From the IMG/VR virus record IMGVR_UViG_3300046528_000074, positions 1 through 64,000 of that record: 64,000 bases of DNA, one strand, 5' to 3'. Numbering within the stretch: the first letter of the stretch is position 1; each line of letters begins with the position of its first letter. The position numbers and the translations under genes were made by a program. This DNA is from a virus (Duplodnaviria > Caudoviricetes). The notes beneath the pieces were generated by a model. That model made no database searches and was not told the origin of the DNA. It was given only the letters and a program-made list of their open reading frames with translations. Of this stretch, positions 55,356 to 63,027 are shown in pieces.

Positions 55356-55984
55356 AGCGAGTCGAGCCAGTCCTCGAGCGTGCCGGCCCCCTTGTTCTTG
55401 CCATCGTCCGACAGGCCGTATGCCTCGCGCTCGAGTGCCACCAGCGTCTTGAGGGTGTCGGCCAGCTTCTTCATGCTGTCCACGCGCGATGGCAGGCTCA
55501 TCGTCTTGTCGAACGCTTCCAGCATCTGCTGGCGGCGACGCTCGGCTGCTTTGTCCACCGGATCGGTGCCCACGATGGGCGGCCCGGCGACCAGGTCGGC
55601 CAACTGCTCGAACAGGTCCTGGTTGAACGTGCCGCGCTCCAGTTCCTCCAGCAGCGCCATGCCCAGCGAGCGCGAGCGCTGGATGTCCTTGCGGTGCGAC
55701 ATCATGACCATGGCCACGACGTCCGCATTGGCCTCGATGATCGCCGACTCCGGTACGCGGCTTTGTTCGCGTACCTCTTTGCGTACCGCTTCGTTGCGTA
55801 CCAGCGCTTCCGCCTTCGCTCTTACCTTTTCGGCAAGATCGCGCTCCCAGTCTTCTTTCTTGGCGCGCTTCCTGATTGCGCCTTCCGACAGCCCATGATC
55901 AGCAGCTATCTGGCGCAAGGACTTCACGCCCGCACGATAGTCGGCCTCGACCTTTGGCCAGTCGATTTGTTTCTGATCGGACAT
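55352..55984 (-). CDS. terS: Terminase small subunit
   Basis: DW..VEADYRAG.KSLRQIA..HGLSEGAIRKRAKKEDW; LEREAYGL. Confidence 0.85.
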   Translation of the reverse strand: MSDQKQIDWPKVEADYRAGVKSLRQIAADHGLSEGAIRKRAKKEDWERDLAEKVRAKAEALVRNEAVRKEVREQSRVPESAIIEANADVVAMVMMSHRKDIQRSRSLGMALLEELERGTFNQDLFEQLADLVAGPPIVGTDPVDKAAERRRQQMLEAFDKTMSLPSRVDSMKKLADTLKTLVALEREAYGLSDDGKNKGAGTLEDWLDSL

Positions 55985-55988
55985 CTTT

Positions 55989-56168
55989 CTACTTAGAAAT
56001 AACGAGGCAGCAGATCAGGAAGGCGGCGCACAGCAGCGAACCGCCGATGAACAGGCTGCCGGCGGCCAATTCGGCGCCGGGCACTTCCATGTGCGCGACG
56101 ATGCCGCAAATCAGTACCAGGGCGAACCAGACGCCGCACGGGATCACCCACCAGTCGAGCGAGATCAC
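55989..56168 (-). CDS. Small membrane protein
   Basis: GTGA coupling; two TM segments. Confidence 0.55.
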   Translation of the reverse strand: MISLDWWVIPCGVWFALVLICGIVAHMEVPGAELAAGSLFIGGSLLCAAFLICCLVISK

Positions 56169-56398
56169 GGGCGCACCTTGTCGGGCCAATACGCGTGATA
56201 ACCGGTCGGGTTGTTCAACCCGGCCATGACTGCGGCGTTGCGGTCGCGATGGATCGTGACCAGCTTCAGGTGTTCGGGCAGCGGCATAAAGCCGCACGCC
56301 TCGATACTCGTGCTGCTGAAGACCTTCGTGATGATGGCGGGGCGGTCGCCGCCGGCTTCTGCCAGCAGGATCATCAAACCGAGCGCGGGGGTGTTCAT
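56165..56398 (-). CDS. Hypothetical protein
   Basis: Start MNTPALG; RPAIITKV motif. Confidence 0.6.
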   Translation of the reverse strand: MNTPALGLMILLAEAGGDRPAIITKVFSSTSIEACGFMPLPEHLKLVTIHRDRNAAVMAGLNNPTGYHAYWPDKVRP

Positions 56399-56402
56399 CG
56401 CG

Positions 56403-56714
56403 TCAGTTCCCCAGCATCCCGCCGCGCACGCCCTTGAATCCGCTCTGGAACAGGGATTCGGCCGCGTTGTCAGCGTCGCCATCGGGCGCGCCGCCGGCGT
56501 CGTCGGCATCCGGCTCGCCGTCAAGCATCTGCTTGGCCAGCGCCAGCGCGCCGTCGACATCCTTGGCGGGCTGGCCGCCGTCCGGGCCTTGATCGTCGGA
56601 ATAGACCAGATACGTACCATCCGGCTGCATCTGGATGCAGATCGCCGGGGCTTCCTGCGGGGCGGCATCGCCCTGCTGCGGCATCGGCGCCGCGGGTTGG
56701 TTCGGTTGCATCAT
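56403..56714 (-). CDS. Acidic hypothetical protein
   Basis: AAGGA RBS. Confidence 0.65.
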   Translation of the reverse strand: MMQPNQPAAPMPQQGDAAPQEAPAICIQMQPDGTYLVYSDDQGPDGGQPAKDVDGALALAKQMLDGEPDADDAGGAPDGDADNAAESLFQSGFKGVRGGMLGN

Positions 56715-56740
56715 GGTCTATTCCTTACTGCGGGGCGCGC

Positions 56741-57178
56741 TTACTCGGCGGCCGGGGTGGCGGCCGGCTGCTCGGTAGCGGCCGGGGTTTCTGCTGCGGG
56801 GGCGGGTGCGGGCTCGGCCGGCGCATCAACTGCGGCGGCATCGGCCGCGGTATCGGCGGCGACAGCGGCGCGCAGCTGGTTCAGGTCGACCTCGACGCGG
56901 GTTTCGCCCAGCCGCGCCACGTCATCAGCGCCAGGCGCCTGCGGTGCGGGGCCGACCGGCGCCCAGTTCTGCGCGTCATCCACGCCAGCGAGGAAGTTTT
57001 CAGCGCCAGCCTGGTCGTCGAACGTGCACACCTGGCCCGTCAGGACGTGCGCCAGGTGAAACTTGCCCTCGACGTAATCGATGGCCTTCTTGACCTCGTC
57101 TTCAATGGCGGCAGCGCCAGCGCTGAACATCGCGCCGAAGGCCGTCATCAGGAAAAAGTGAGTCCGCTTGATCTTCAT
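56741..57178 (-). CDS. First late-operon protein, unknown function
   Basis: GGAG RBS; signal-like N-terminus, A/P-rich tail. Confidence 0.65.
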   Translation of the reverse strand: MKIKRTHFFLMTAFGAMFSAGAAAIEDEVKKAIDYVEGKFHLAHVLTGQVCTFDDQAGAENFLAGVDDAQNWAPVGPAPQAPGADDVARLGETRVEVDLNQLRAAVAADTAADAAAVDAPAEPAPAPAAETPAATEQPAATPAAE

Positions 57179-57314
57179 AGGGTGCTCCAGTGGTTAAGGG
57201 AATTGGCCGGGCCCGCTCTGTCCGCGGCGGAGTCCGCGCCAGGTTCCGCATCGTCCCGACCTGCGGCCCTTACGCGCTGACCAGGCGCACGGGAGTGTGC
57301 CGCGCGCCCGATTC

Positions 57315-57345
57315 AAATAAAAACGGCCGCACGAGGCGGCTAAAA
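57315..57345 (-). terminator. Second leader terminator
   Basis: GCCGC-CTCGT-GCGGC-CGTTTTTATTT. Confidence 0.55.
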
Positions 57346-57396
57346 CTTGCGGAGGACCACAAGCGAGAGAGTCGGTAGTTTGGGTTTTACCAGCCG

Positions 57397-57430
57397 GAAA
57401 AAGAAAAGCCGCACAGCGGCGGCTTTTTCT
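57397..57430 (-). terminator. First leader terminator (tR'-like)
   Basis: AAAAGCCGC-N6-GCGGCTTTT-CTTTTT. Confidence 0.75.
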
Positions 57431-57461
57431 AGTGGCAATTATTCAATGTATCGAGGCAACC

Positions 57462-57490
57462 ATTCTGCCGCGCAAAATTCTCCTAGTCAA
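57462..57490 (-). promoter_or_regulatory. Candidate late promoter (pR'-like)
   Basis: TTGACT-17bp-CAGAAT about 30 bp upstream of a strong terminator. Confidence 0.6.
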
Positions 57491-58184
57491 CAAAAAAGTG
57501 TCCATCAGGAAAGCGGTTACTTTTGCTGCGGTTTTCCGATGCCGGCACCACTCGCATGTTGAAATGAACATGCAGCCCGCATACAACATGGCTGACGATA
57601 GGATAAATATGGTCGACATCATGAGGAACCCCAGTTTCCTCAGCGATTCGGTCGCGCTCTTTGTATATTGCAATGACCGCATCCTGGTCCGACCATCGCG
57701 GTGTGGCCAGACGAACAAGTATTAACCGCCGCTCCCGTGCTCCGCAGTTAGCCAGTTCGCTCGCCCATCTCGCTTTTGCTTCTGGGTTCGTCCATGGGTT
57801 GCGCTGCACCAGATATTCAATGCGATGCTGGGTCCACGCCAACTGTGACATGCCAGTCCGAAGATTTGCAAAATCATCAGATGAAATCAATATTTCCATA
57901 AGGAAATTATCAATATCGTCGCCTGTCGTTGCTTCATACCATGCGCGGAAGTCAGTAGAGCGAATCCTTGCATGGACTTCCTGCAAGGCGGCCTTTGCCT
58001 GTTCGGCTGCCTTTTCGTATTGTTGGCTGATGCACGCCAATTCGCTCGCCTCGATCCTTGCTTTGATATCATAACGTTCCTGATTTTCATTGCGCAATTG
58101 AGCCCGTCGCTTCCGCCGGTGCTCATTTCTCTCTGCGGCCTTGTCGCGCGGCATAGTATTTATTGTCGGCCAAATTGCGATCAT
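57483..58184 (-). CDS. HNH endonuclease (homing-type)
   Basis: ATPRW...HDVDHIYP...VCGLHV..NMRVV...NRSKSN; lower GC than neighbours. Confidence 0.85.
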   Translation of the reverse strand: MIAIWPTINTMPRDKAAERNEHRRKRRAQLRNENQERYDIKARIEASELACISQQYEKAAEQAKAALQEVHARIRSTDFRAWYEATTGDDIDNFLMEILISSDDFANLRTGMSQLAWTQHRIEYLVQRNPWTNPEAKARWASELANCGARERRLILVRLATPRWSDQDAVIAIYKERDRIAEETGVPHDVDHIYPIVSHVVCGLHVHFNMRVVPASENRSKSNRFPDGHFFVD

Positions 58185-58393
58185 GGCTTGCTCTGCTTAT
58201 CTTTCTGCGTCGAGCAGGTGCAGAAGTCGCCCTGACTGCAGCTCTGGGTGCACGCGCTATCGGGCAGCATCGACTGCGTGATGTCGCCGATCATCAGCGC
58301 GACCGCCACAATGGCGAGCCCAATGGCCGCCAGGTCAAGGTCAAAGCCGGTGGCGAGCGCCGCCAGCAGCAGGATGGACAGAATCGTTTTCAT
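58181..58393 (-). CDS. Small membrane protein with CxxxCSQG tail
   Basis: Start MKTILS with AAAGGA RBS. Confidence 0.6.
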   Translation of the reverse strand: MKTILSILLLAALATGFDLDLAAIGLAIVAVALMIGDITQSMLPDSACTQSCSQGDFCTCSTQKDKQSKP

Positions 58394-58551
58394 GATTTCC
58401 TTTCTGACTTTTGTTTTCTTTCCTTGGCGACGATGGCGAAACAAATGTCAATACACTTGTCGCAGATCGCAGTGTCCCGGCTTCTTACCAGATGCTCGAC
58501 CTGGTGCTGGGTTTTGCGGCAGAAGTCGCAGGCCAGGACTTCGACTTTCAT
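58390..58551 (-). CDS. Stand-alone ClpX C4-type zinc-finger protein (not in track)
   Basis: MKVEVLACDFCRKTQHQVEHLVRSRDTAICDKCIDICFAIV; AAGGAG RBS. Confidence 0.75.
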   Translation of the reverse strand: MKVEVLACDFCRKTQHQVEHLVRSRDTAICDKCIDICFAIVAKERKQKSERKS

Positions 58552-58553
58552 GC

Positions 58554-59009
58554 TTACTCCTTACCGGCTTTGGTGTGCGCCCTGAGATCGTCCAGAGATG
58601 CAGCCAATGCCTTGTAGTTCAGCTCGGTGTGATAGCGGCCCTTGGCCTTCACCAGCTTGCGCGCTGCGTCGACGACCGCATCCTTCTCCACCGTTCCCGC
58701 TGCGGGAGCCGAGCAAACCTCGCACGTTTCGCTTTCGGCGTGGATGTTAAGTAATCCGTCATCGCGCTCGCAGCCGACTTGGCTAGTATTGCCGCCCTGG
58801 CGCGCGGCACCGGCAGCCAACTCAGCGCTCAGGCGCTCGACTTCGGCGATCAGTTCAAGCACAGCAGCGGCAGAGCAATCCGCAATGAAGTTCACCGCAG
58901 GGTCGTAGGTGATGCCATCGGCGAGTTGACCTACGCTATACCAGTGATCGCCGTCTTCGTACACATACGCCAATGCCAGCGCCTTCAGTTTTTCGATGTC
59001 CACGGTCAT
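58554..59009 (-). CDS. Ead/Ea22-like modular protein
   Basis: DIEKLKALA...FIA.CS..AVLELIAEVERL. Confidence 0.7.
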   Translation of the reverse strand: MTVDIEKLKALALAYVYEDGDHWYSVGQLADGITYDPAVNFIADCSAAAVLELIAEVERLSAELAAGAARQGGNTSQVGCERDDGLLNIHAESETCEVCSAPAAGTVEKDAVVDAARKLVKAKGRYHTELNYKALAASLDDLRAHTKAGKE

Positions 59010-59698
59010 GCTGCCTGCTCCAGAAACAGTTGTTGTTGTTGTGATGCCGGGCGGATTTCCTCGACCAGTCTGCCGAGACTGCCCCACTGGTCAGCCATTG
59101 CGCGGGCGATGCCGTCATAAGTACGGCTGCGGTCCTTCCAGCGATCCGGGCCGGGCGAAGCCAGGTGAACCTTGCTCCACGCCTTGTGCTCGGGCGTTCC
59201 AGTCTTCGGCGGCGTGAGCTTGTTGGTTGCTTGCAGCGGCGGCAGGCCAATCAGTTCCAAACCGGTTGCCTTAAATGCTTCTTCGCCGAACCACCACGGC
59301 TGCACGACCTGGCGATTCCCGATCTGGCTACGCTTGCGGGCGTAGCAGTGCATAATCGGGTTCTCGATGGCCTTACGCGGGATCGGGGCATCACGCAGCA
59401 GCTTGTAGAACTCGGCCGCCGCTTCGAGGTCCATCCACATTTCTTCCAGCGTCTTGCCCGGTGGCGGCACCTTAAGCCATCGCACGCCGCTGTTCGTCAG
59501 CCTGGTGCAGGGCGGGTGCGCTACCATCAGATCCCATCCGTCATACAGCACATCGCGGATGTCGCCCTTGTAATGAGCGCCGGGGGCTTCGGTGTCGAGC
59601 ATGTCGCAGCTCATCGCAAGATGGCCCGCGCGGGAAAAGGCATCACGTACGCGGCCGGAATATTCACAGGCGACGAGAACACGCATCGGCTTCCTCAT
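59006..59698 (-). CDS. Phage DNA cytosine methyltransferase (HPPC type)
   Basis: VLVACEYSG, SCD, DLMVAHPPCT, IENP, RSRTY.GIA.AMADQW. Confidence 0.8.
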   Translation of the reverse strand: MRKPMRVLVACEYSGRVRDAFSRAGHLAMSCDMLDTEAPGAHYKGDIRDVLYDGWDLMVAHPPCTRLTNSGVRWLKVPPPGKTLEEMWMDLEAAAEFYKLLRDAPIPRKAIENPIMHCYARKRSQIGNRQVVQPWWFGEEAFKATGLELIGLPPLQATNKLTPPKTGTPEHKAWSKVHLASPGPDRWKDRSRTYDGIARAMADQWGSLGRLVEEIRPASQQQQLFLEQAA

Positions 59699-60330
59699 TT
59701 GGCTTCCTCCATCCCACTGTTCAGTGGTGAAGGGGCGGCAGCGAGCTCCATGACTTTGCGCGCCACGCCGAGTTCCTTGCCGATGGCGACAGGCGGCTTT
59801 TCCTGGCTGCGATTCCAGCTCAGGAATCGCTGGCCTGCAAACGGATCAGCGGGCGATGCTCCAGCGGTGCGACCATCGATGTAGGCGATGAGGGCGCGTA
59901 AAGCCTCTCGATCATCGCCAATGAACAGGGCTCGCACGTCGTACAGCAATTCGCGGAACTTCGGATCGTCGCCGATACTCGCCGTCTTCCGTTCTGCCAG
60001 CTCGCGCTCAAGCTGGCGGATTGCCGCGATCAACTTCAATACGCCGCTCCCCTTGAGGAAGCACTCATCAGGCATTTCTTTGGCCATCGCCTCCAGCTTG
60101 TTGGCGTCAATCCCTCCGGTGGTAAGAGGCGGCAGTTCTTCCCCAATAGGGGCGGAGACAGGAGCGGTGCGGCGGGCGCGCTCCTGCCACGCAGCATGTG
60201 CGGCGTTCTCAGTGATTAGGCTGTGCTCGGGACATGCCTGTACCCGATTCCACCATTCAGTGAAGGCGGCGTTTTCACGCTGGACGCGTTCGCGCTCTGC
60301 GTCCATGTTTTGTTCAGATACTGGTTTCAC
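59695..60330 (-). CDS. Modular accessory protein
   Basis: FTEWW...AHAAWQER module; operon packing. Confidence 0.7.
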   Translation of the reverse strand: MKPVSEQNMDAERERVQRENAAFTEWWNRVQACPEHSLITENAAHAAWQERARRTAPVSAPIGEELPPLTTGGIDANKLEAMAKEMPDECFLKGSGVLKLIAAIRQLERELAERKTASIGDDPKFRELLYDVRALFIGDDREALRALIAYIDGRTAGASPADPFAGQRFLSWNRSQEKPPVAIGKELGVARKVMELAAAPSPLNSGMEEAK

Positions 60331-60505
60331 TGATTACCTCGCCATCCAAAGTGAGTCTGATCGTGTGGCTGTTGCTGTACAGGCTGCCGCTGCCGTCCAT
60401 GTCGCCGGTGTAGTTGCTCTCGGTTTCAACCTCGATGCGCAGCTTCTCGCGCAGGAACTCGACGACCATCTGCATGTCGATCGGGCGGATTTCGCGCGTG
60501 CTCAT
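60314..60505 (-). CDS. Hypothetical protein
   Basis: AAAGGA RBS; ATGA coupling. Confidence 0.65.
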   Translation of the reverse strand: MSTREIRPIDMQMVVEFLREKLRIEVETESNYTGDMDGSGSLYSNSHTIRLTLDGEVISETSI

Positions 60506-61224
60506 TGCGGTCCTTTCTGTTCTGCCGCGCTGGCGGCGATTGCTGCGTCGATATCGCGAGTGATGGCGAAGTAGCTGCTGGTGCCAAGCCGCCGGGCGAG
60601 GTCGCGCGCCTTTTCTCGCGTTTCTGCGTCAGCGTGGTCCTCGTTAAGCCAGCGGAATCGAATCGCATCCCGCTCGGTATCCTCGCCAGCATTCGCTGCA
60701 TGGGCTTCGCCCTGCTGGGCGAGTGCTACGCGAAGGTCGGAGATTTCGGCATGCTTGTACTGATCCAAGCAACCGACCTGCTGCCATTCGTCGCCAAACA
60801 TGAATTGTGCGCGTTCCTGCCACGTCTTGATGCCCGGCGCAGCTTCCCGGCTGGGTGCTGGGGCGCGGCCTAACACTACATCCATTTGCGCCATTACTTT
60901 CGCATGGCCTTCGGGATCGGCGCGACGAGACACAGCTTCGTAAATTTCGCCGTCGCTTGGCTCGCTCGCGCTTGCCGTGGTGGCCTCGCAGCCCTTGCAC
61001 AGCGGGTTGTAACCCCTTTGCGGGCATGCGACGTGATGCGGGACCGGGGCGCTTGCAGTGGTGGCCGCCGGGTCCTTGTAGATGCTGAGCGGGTCGATGC
61101 GCTCGATGGTGCCGTCCGCGTGCGTGCGCATGATGCCGGTGCCGTGCTGAATTGCATCCTTGGCGATTTTATCGACAGCCGCTCCTGCCTGCTCGGTTAC
61201 GCGCGGCATGTTCTGGTTATCCAT
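60502..61224 (-). CDS. Modular accessory protein
   Basis: MDNQNMPRVTEQ start, repeated ATTASA linkers, DAIRFRWL module. Confidence 0.75.
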   Translation of the reverse strand: MDNQNMPRVTEQAGAAVDKIAKDAIQHGTGIMRTHADGTIERIDPLSIYKDPAATTASAPVPHHVACPQRGYNPLCKGCEATTASASEPSDGEIYEAVSRRADPEGHAKVMAQMDVVLGRAPAPSREAAPGIKTWQERAQFMFGDEWQQVGCLDQYKHAEISDLRVALAQQGEAHAANAGEDTERDAIRFRWLNEDHADAETREKARDLARRLGTSSYFAITRDIDAAIAASAAEQKGPQ

Positions 61225-61522
61225 GGTTCTGTCCTTTCTCTGCATCGGTAGCAGCGCACGCTGCGGTGCGGCGGTAGTCCTTGATGACCTTGCCATCGGC
61301 GTCGAAGTAGCGCGTTTCCCAGGTAGGATGGCAGTTGTGCGTGCCCTTGCCCCACTTGAGCTGGTTCACGAACACCACGTCGAGGTTCGCGCTGCTGTTC
61401 ATGCCGACGATGGTTCCGAGGTGGCCGTCCGACTCGACCATCATCCCGAGCGATACCCATCCCATGCCCCGGCAGCGTTCCATGTCGGCCTTGAACTGCT
61501 CGGCTTTCGATATGCGCTTCAT
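61217..61522 (-). CDS. Hypothetical protein
   Basis: GMMVE...GTIVG...NLDV...NCHPTW. Confidence 0.7.
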   Translation of the reverse strand: MKRISKAEQFKADMERCRGMGWVSLGMMVESDGHLGTIVGMNSSANLDVVFVNQLKWGKGTHNCHPTWETRYFDADGKVIKDYRRTAACAATDAEKGQNHG

Positions 61523-62571
61523 GCTGCACCGCCTTTCTCATCTGCGCTGCCCGACGCGCTCACGGTGCGCAGGAATCGGATGCGGTTGATGATGCTGAAT
61601 GCAGCCGAGGATTGCGGCGGATTGCTCATCAACGCATTGGTGTTCGACAGCTCGCTTTCGGCAATCTCGATGCACTTGGCATACGCCTGATTGCGAATCT
61701 CATCTGGCGCGCTCACGGTGCTGGTAGTAGGGGCGACATAACCGCTGTGCTTGTCCATGTCGTAGCAGTCGTCCCACAGTTCCGGCCGCTCGGCGCGCTC
61801 GCCAATCAGCCAACGCATGAAGTCGGCCTCGTAGCGCACCCGGTCGGGATACTCGGAGCGTGCGAACTGGAAGCCATCGGTGAACAGATCGAACCCTTTG
61901 CTGTCTTTGCGGTGCAGGACGGCGGTGAAGTTCGACTTGCCGTTCGACTCGGGCATCGCGCTTTCCCATACCGTCAATTCAGGCTTCGCCTGCTCGGCTG
62001 TCTCGGCCTTCGCTGCCTGCTGAGTCATTAGACTGTCCGCAATATCTGCAAAACTATCGTCTTTGGTCAGGTAATAAAGCGCATCAGCAGCCATCCATTG
62101 AGCAGAAAGCTGGCCCAGTGCTGGATTCAGAATCTGCTTAAGGCGCAGTTGAATCATGTGCAGGTCCGGCGCTGCCTGCTGGGTGACTTCCTGTGCGGTA
62201 GGAGCGGCGGCAAGCATGTTCCGCCAGTAGTTGGCCATCAGCAGCTTTTCCGTGTTGCTTCCAGGTGTCGATGTGCGTGCAGCAGCGAACATCTCTTGCG
62301 TCGGCTCAATTGGCACCAGTGCGAAGCCTTCCGGCACTGCTTGCGCCTTGGTTGCCTGTGAGTGGCCCGCGAGGTGGACGAACCTGTGCAGTCCTTCTTT
62401 GGCGTCGTGCTCAACGATGGCGTTAAAAATGCGCTCGCGGTAGTGCCGGTTCGTTTCCATCATTTGCAGGTGGTTGTCGATAACGGCGCGGCCTCGGCGT
62501 TCGCCCTCTCGCGCAGCTTCTTTGATTCGCTCATCCGTCAGATCGCCGGTCGGCTGTGTATCCTTGTTCAT
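61519..62571 (-). CDS. Modular accessory protein, contains right repeat copy
   Basis: GGAG RBS; middle identical to 2989-4449. Confidence 0.8.
   Translation of the reverse strand: MNKDTQPTGDLTDERIKEAAREGERRGRAVIDNHLQMMETNRHYRERIFNAIVEHDAKEGLHRFVHLAGHSQATKAQAVPEGFALVPIEPTQEMFAAARTSTPGSNTEKLLMANYWRNMLAAAPTAQEVTQQAAPDLHMIQLRLKQILNPALGQLSAQWMAADALYYLTKDDSFADIADSLMTQQAAKAETAEQAKPELTVWESAMPESNGKSNFTAVLHRKDSKGFDLFTDGFQFARSEYPDRVRYEADFMRWLIGERAERPELWDDCYDMDKHSGYVAPTTSTVSAPDEIRNQAYAKCIEIAESELSNTNALMSNPPQSSAAFSIINRIRFLRTVSASGSADEKGGAA
61700..62373. repeat. Right copy of ~674 bp direct repeat
   Basis: Matches 3170-3843. Confidence 0.95.
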
Positions 62572-62573
62572 GT

Positions 62574-62951
62574 CTACTCCGTGATGGTCATGATGGTGGC
62601 GATCATGTAAGCCATGCCTGCCATCTTGTGTTGATGTTCAGGCTCTACCGAACGCAGGTGTGCGGTCAACAGACGCTCCACACCTTCACCGGTAAAGCCT
62701 TCCTTAAATTCGATATCACCCATGGGAGGTTCCTCTCCCACGTACATGGCATCTGCAATACGGAAGTACACATTGCCTGCACCATAGCCCTTGAATGGAC
62801 CGAAGTACACATCAGGGATGTCATCGACAGGGGGCAGCAACCGGGTTGTGCCACGCGCATACTCAGCATCGGTGATGGAATCGATGTCTGCCTGTGTCAG
62901 TGACCATGGCTTCGGTTCTTCCACAATAAGTACTGGCGTCTTCTTGGCCAT
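62574..62951 (-). CDS. Hypothetical protein (N4-like flank)
   Basis: Start MAKKTPV with AAGGA RBS. Confidence 0.7.
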   Translation of the reverse strand: MAKKTPVLIVEEPKPWSLTQADIDSITDAEYARGTTRLLPPVDDIPDVYFGPFKGYGAGNVYFRIADAMYVGEEPPMGDIEFKEGFTGEGVERLLTAHLRSVEPEHQHKMAGMAYMIATIMTITE

Positions 62952-63027
62952 AAGGTTTCCTTGTGAGGTTGGTGGGAGATGCGCTGCCCATCTCCCGGCG
63001 ACGTATGGGAGGATACGTCGCGTCGTG

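Larger units (their letters stand above)
3178..61707. mobile_element. Apparently complete ~58.5 kb podovirus genome embedded in N4-like phage sequence
   Basis: Full head, tail, lysis, replication and recombination set between direct repeats; circularising at the repeat restores one continuous minus-strand operon leading to the late promoter. Confidence 0.75.

Noticed and set aside
57204-57310. Canonical tRNA or known ribozyme
   Set aside because: No T-loop or D-loop consensus and no hammerhead/HDV core recognised; kept only as a candidate structured RNA
61700-62373. Repeat pair as DGR template/variable repeats
   Set aside because: No reverse transcriptase; the few mismatches sit at the edges and are not adenine-specific
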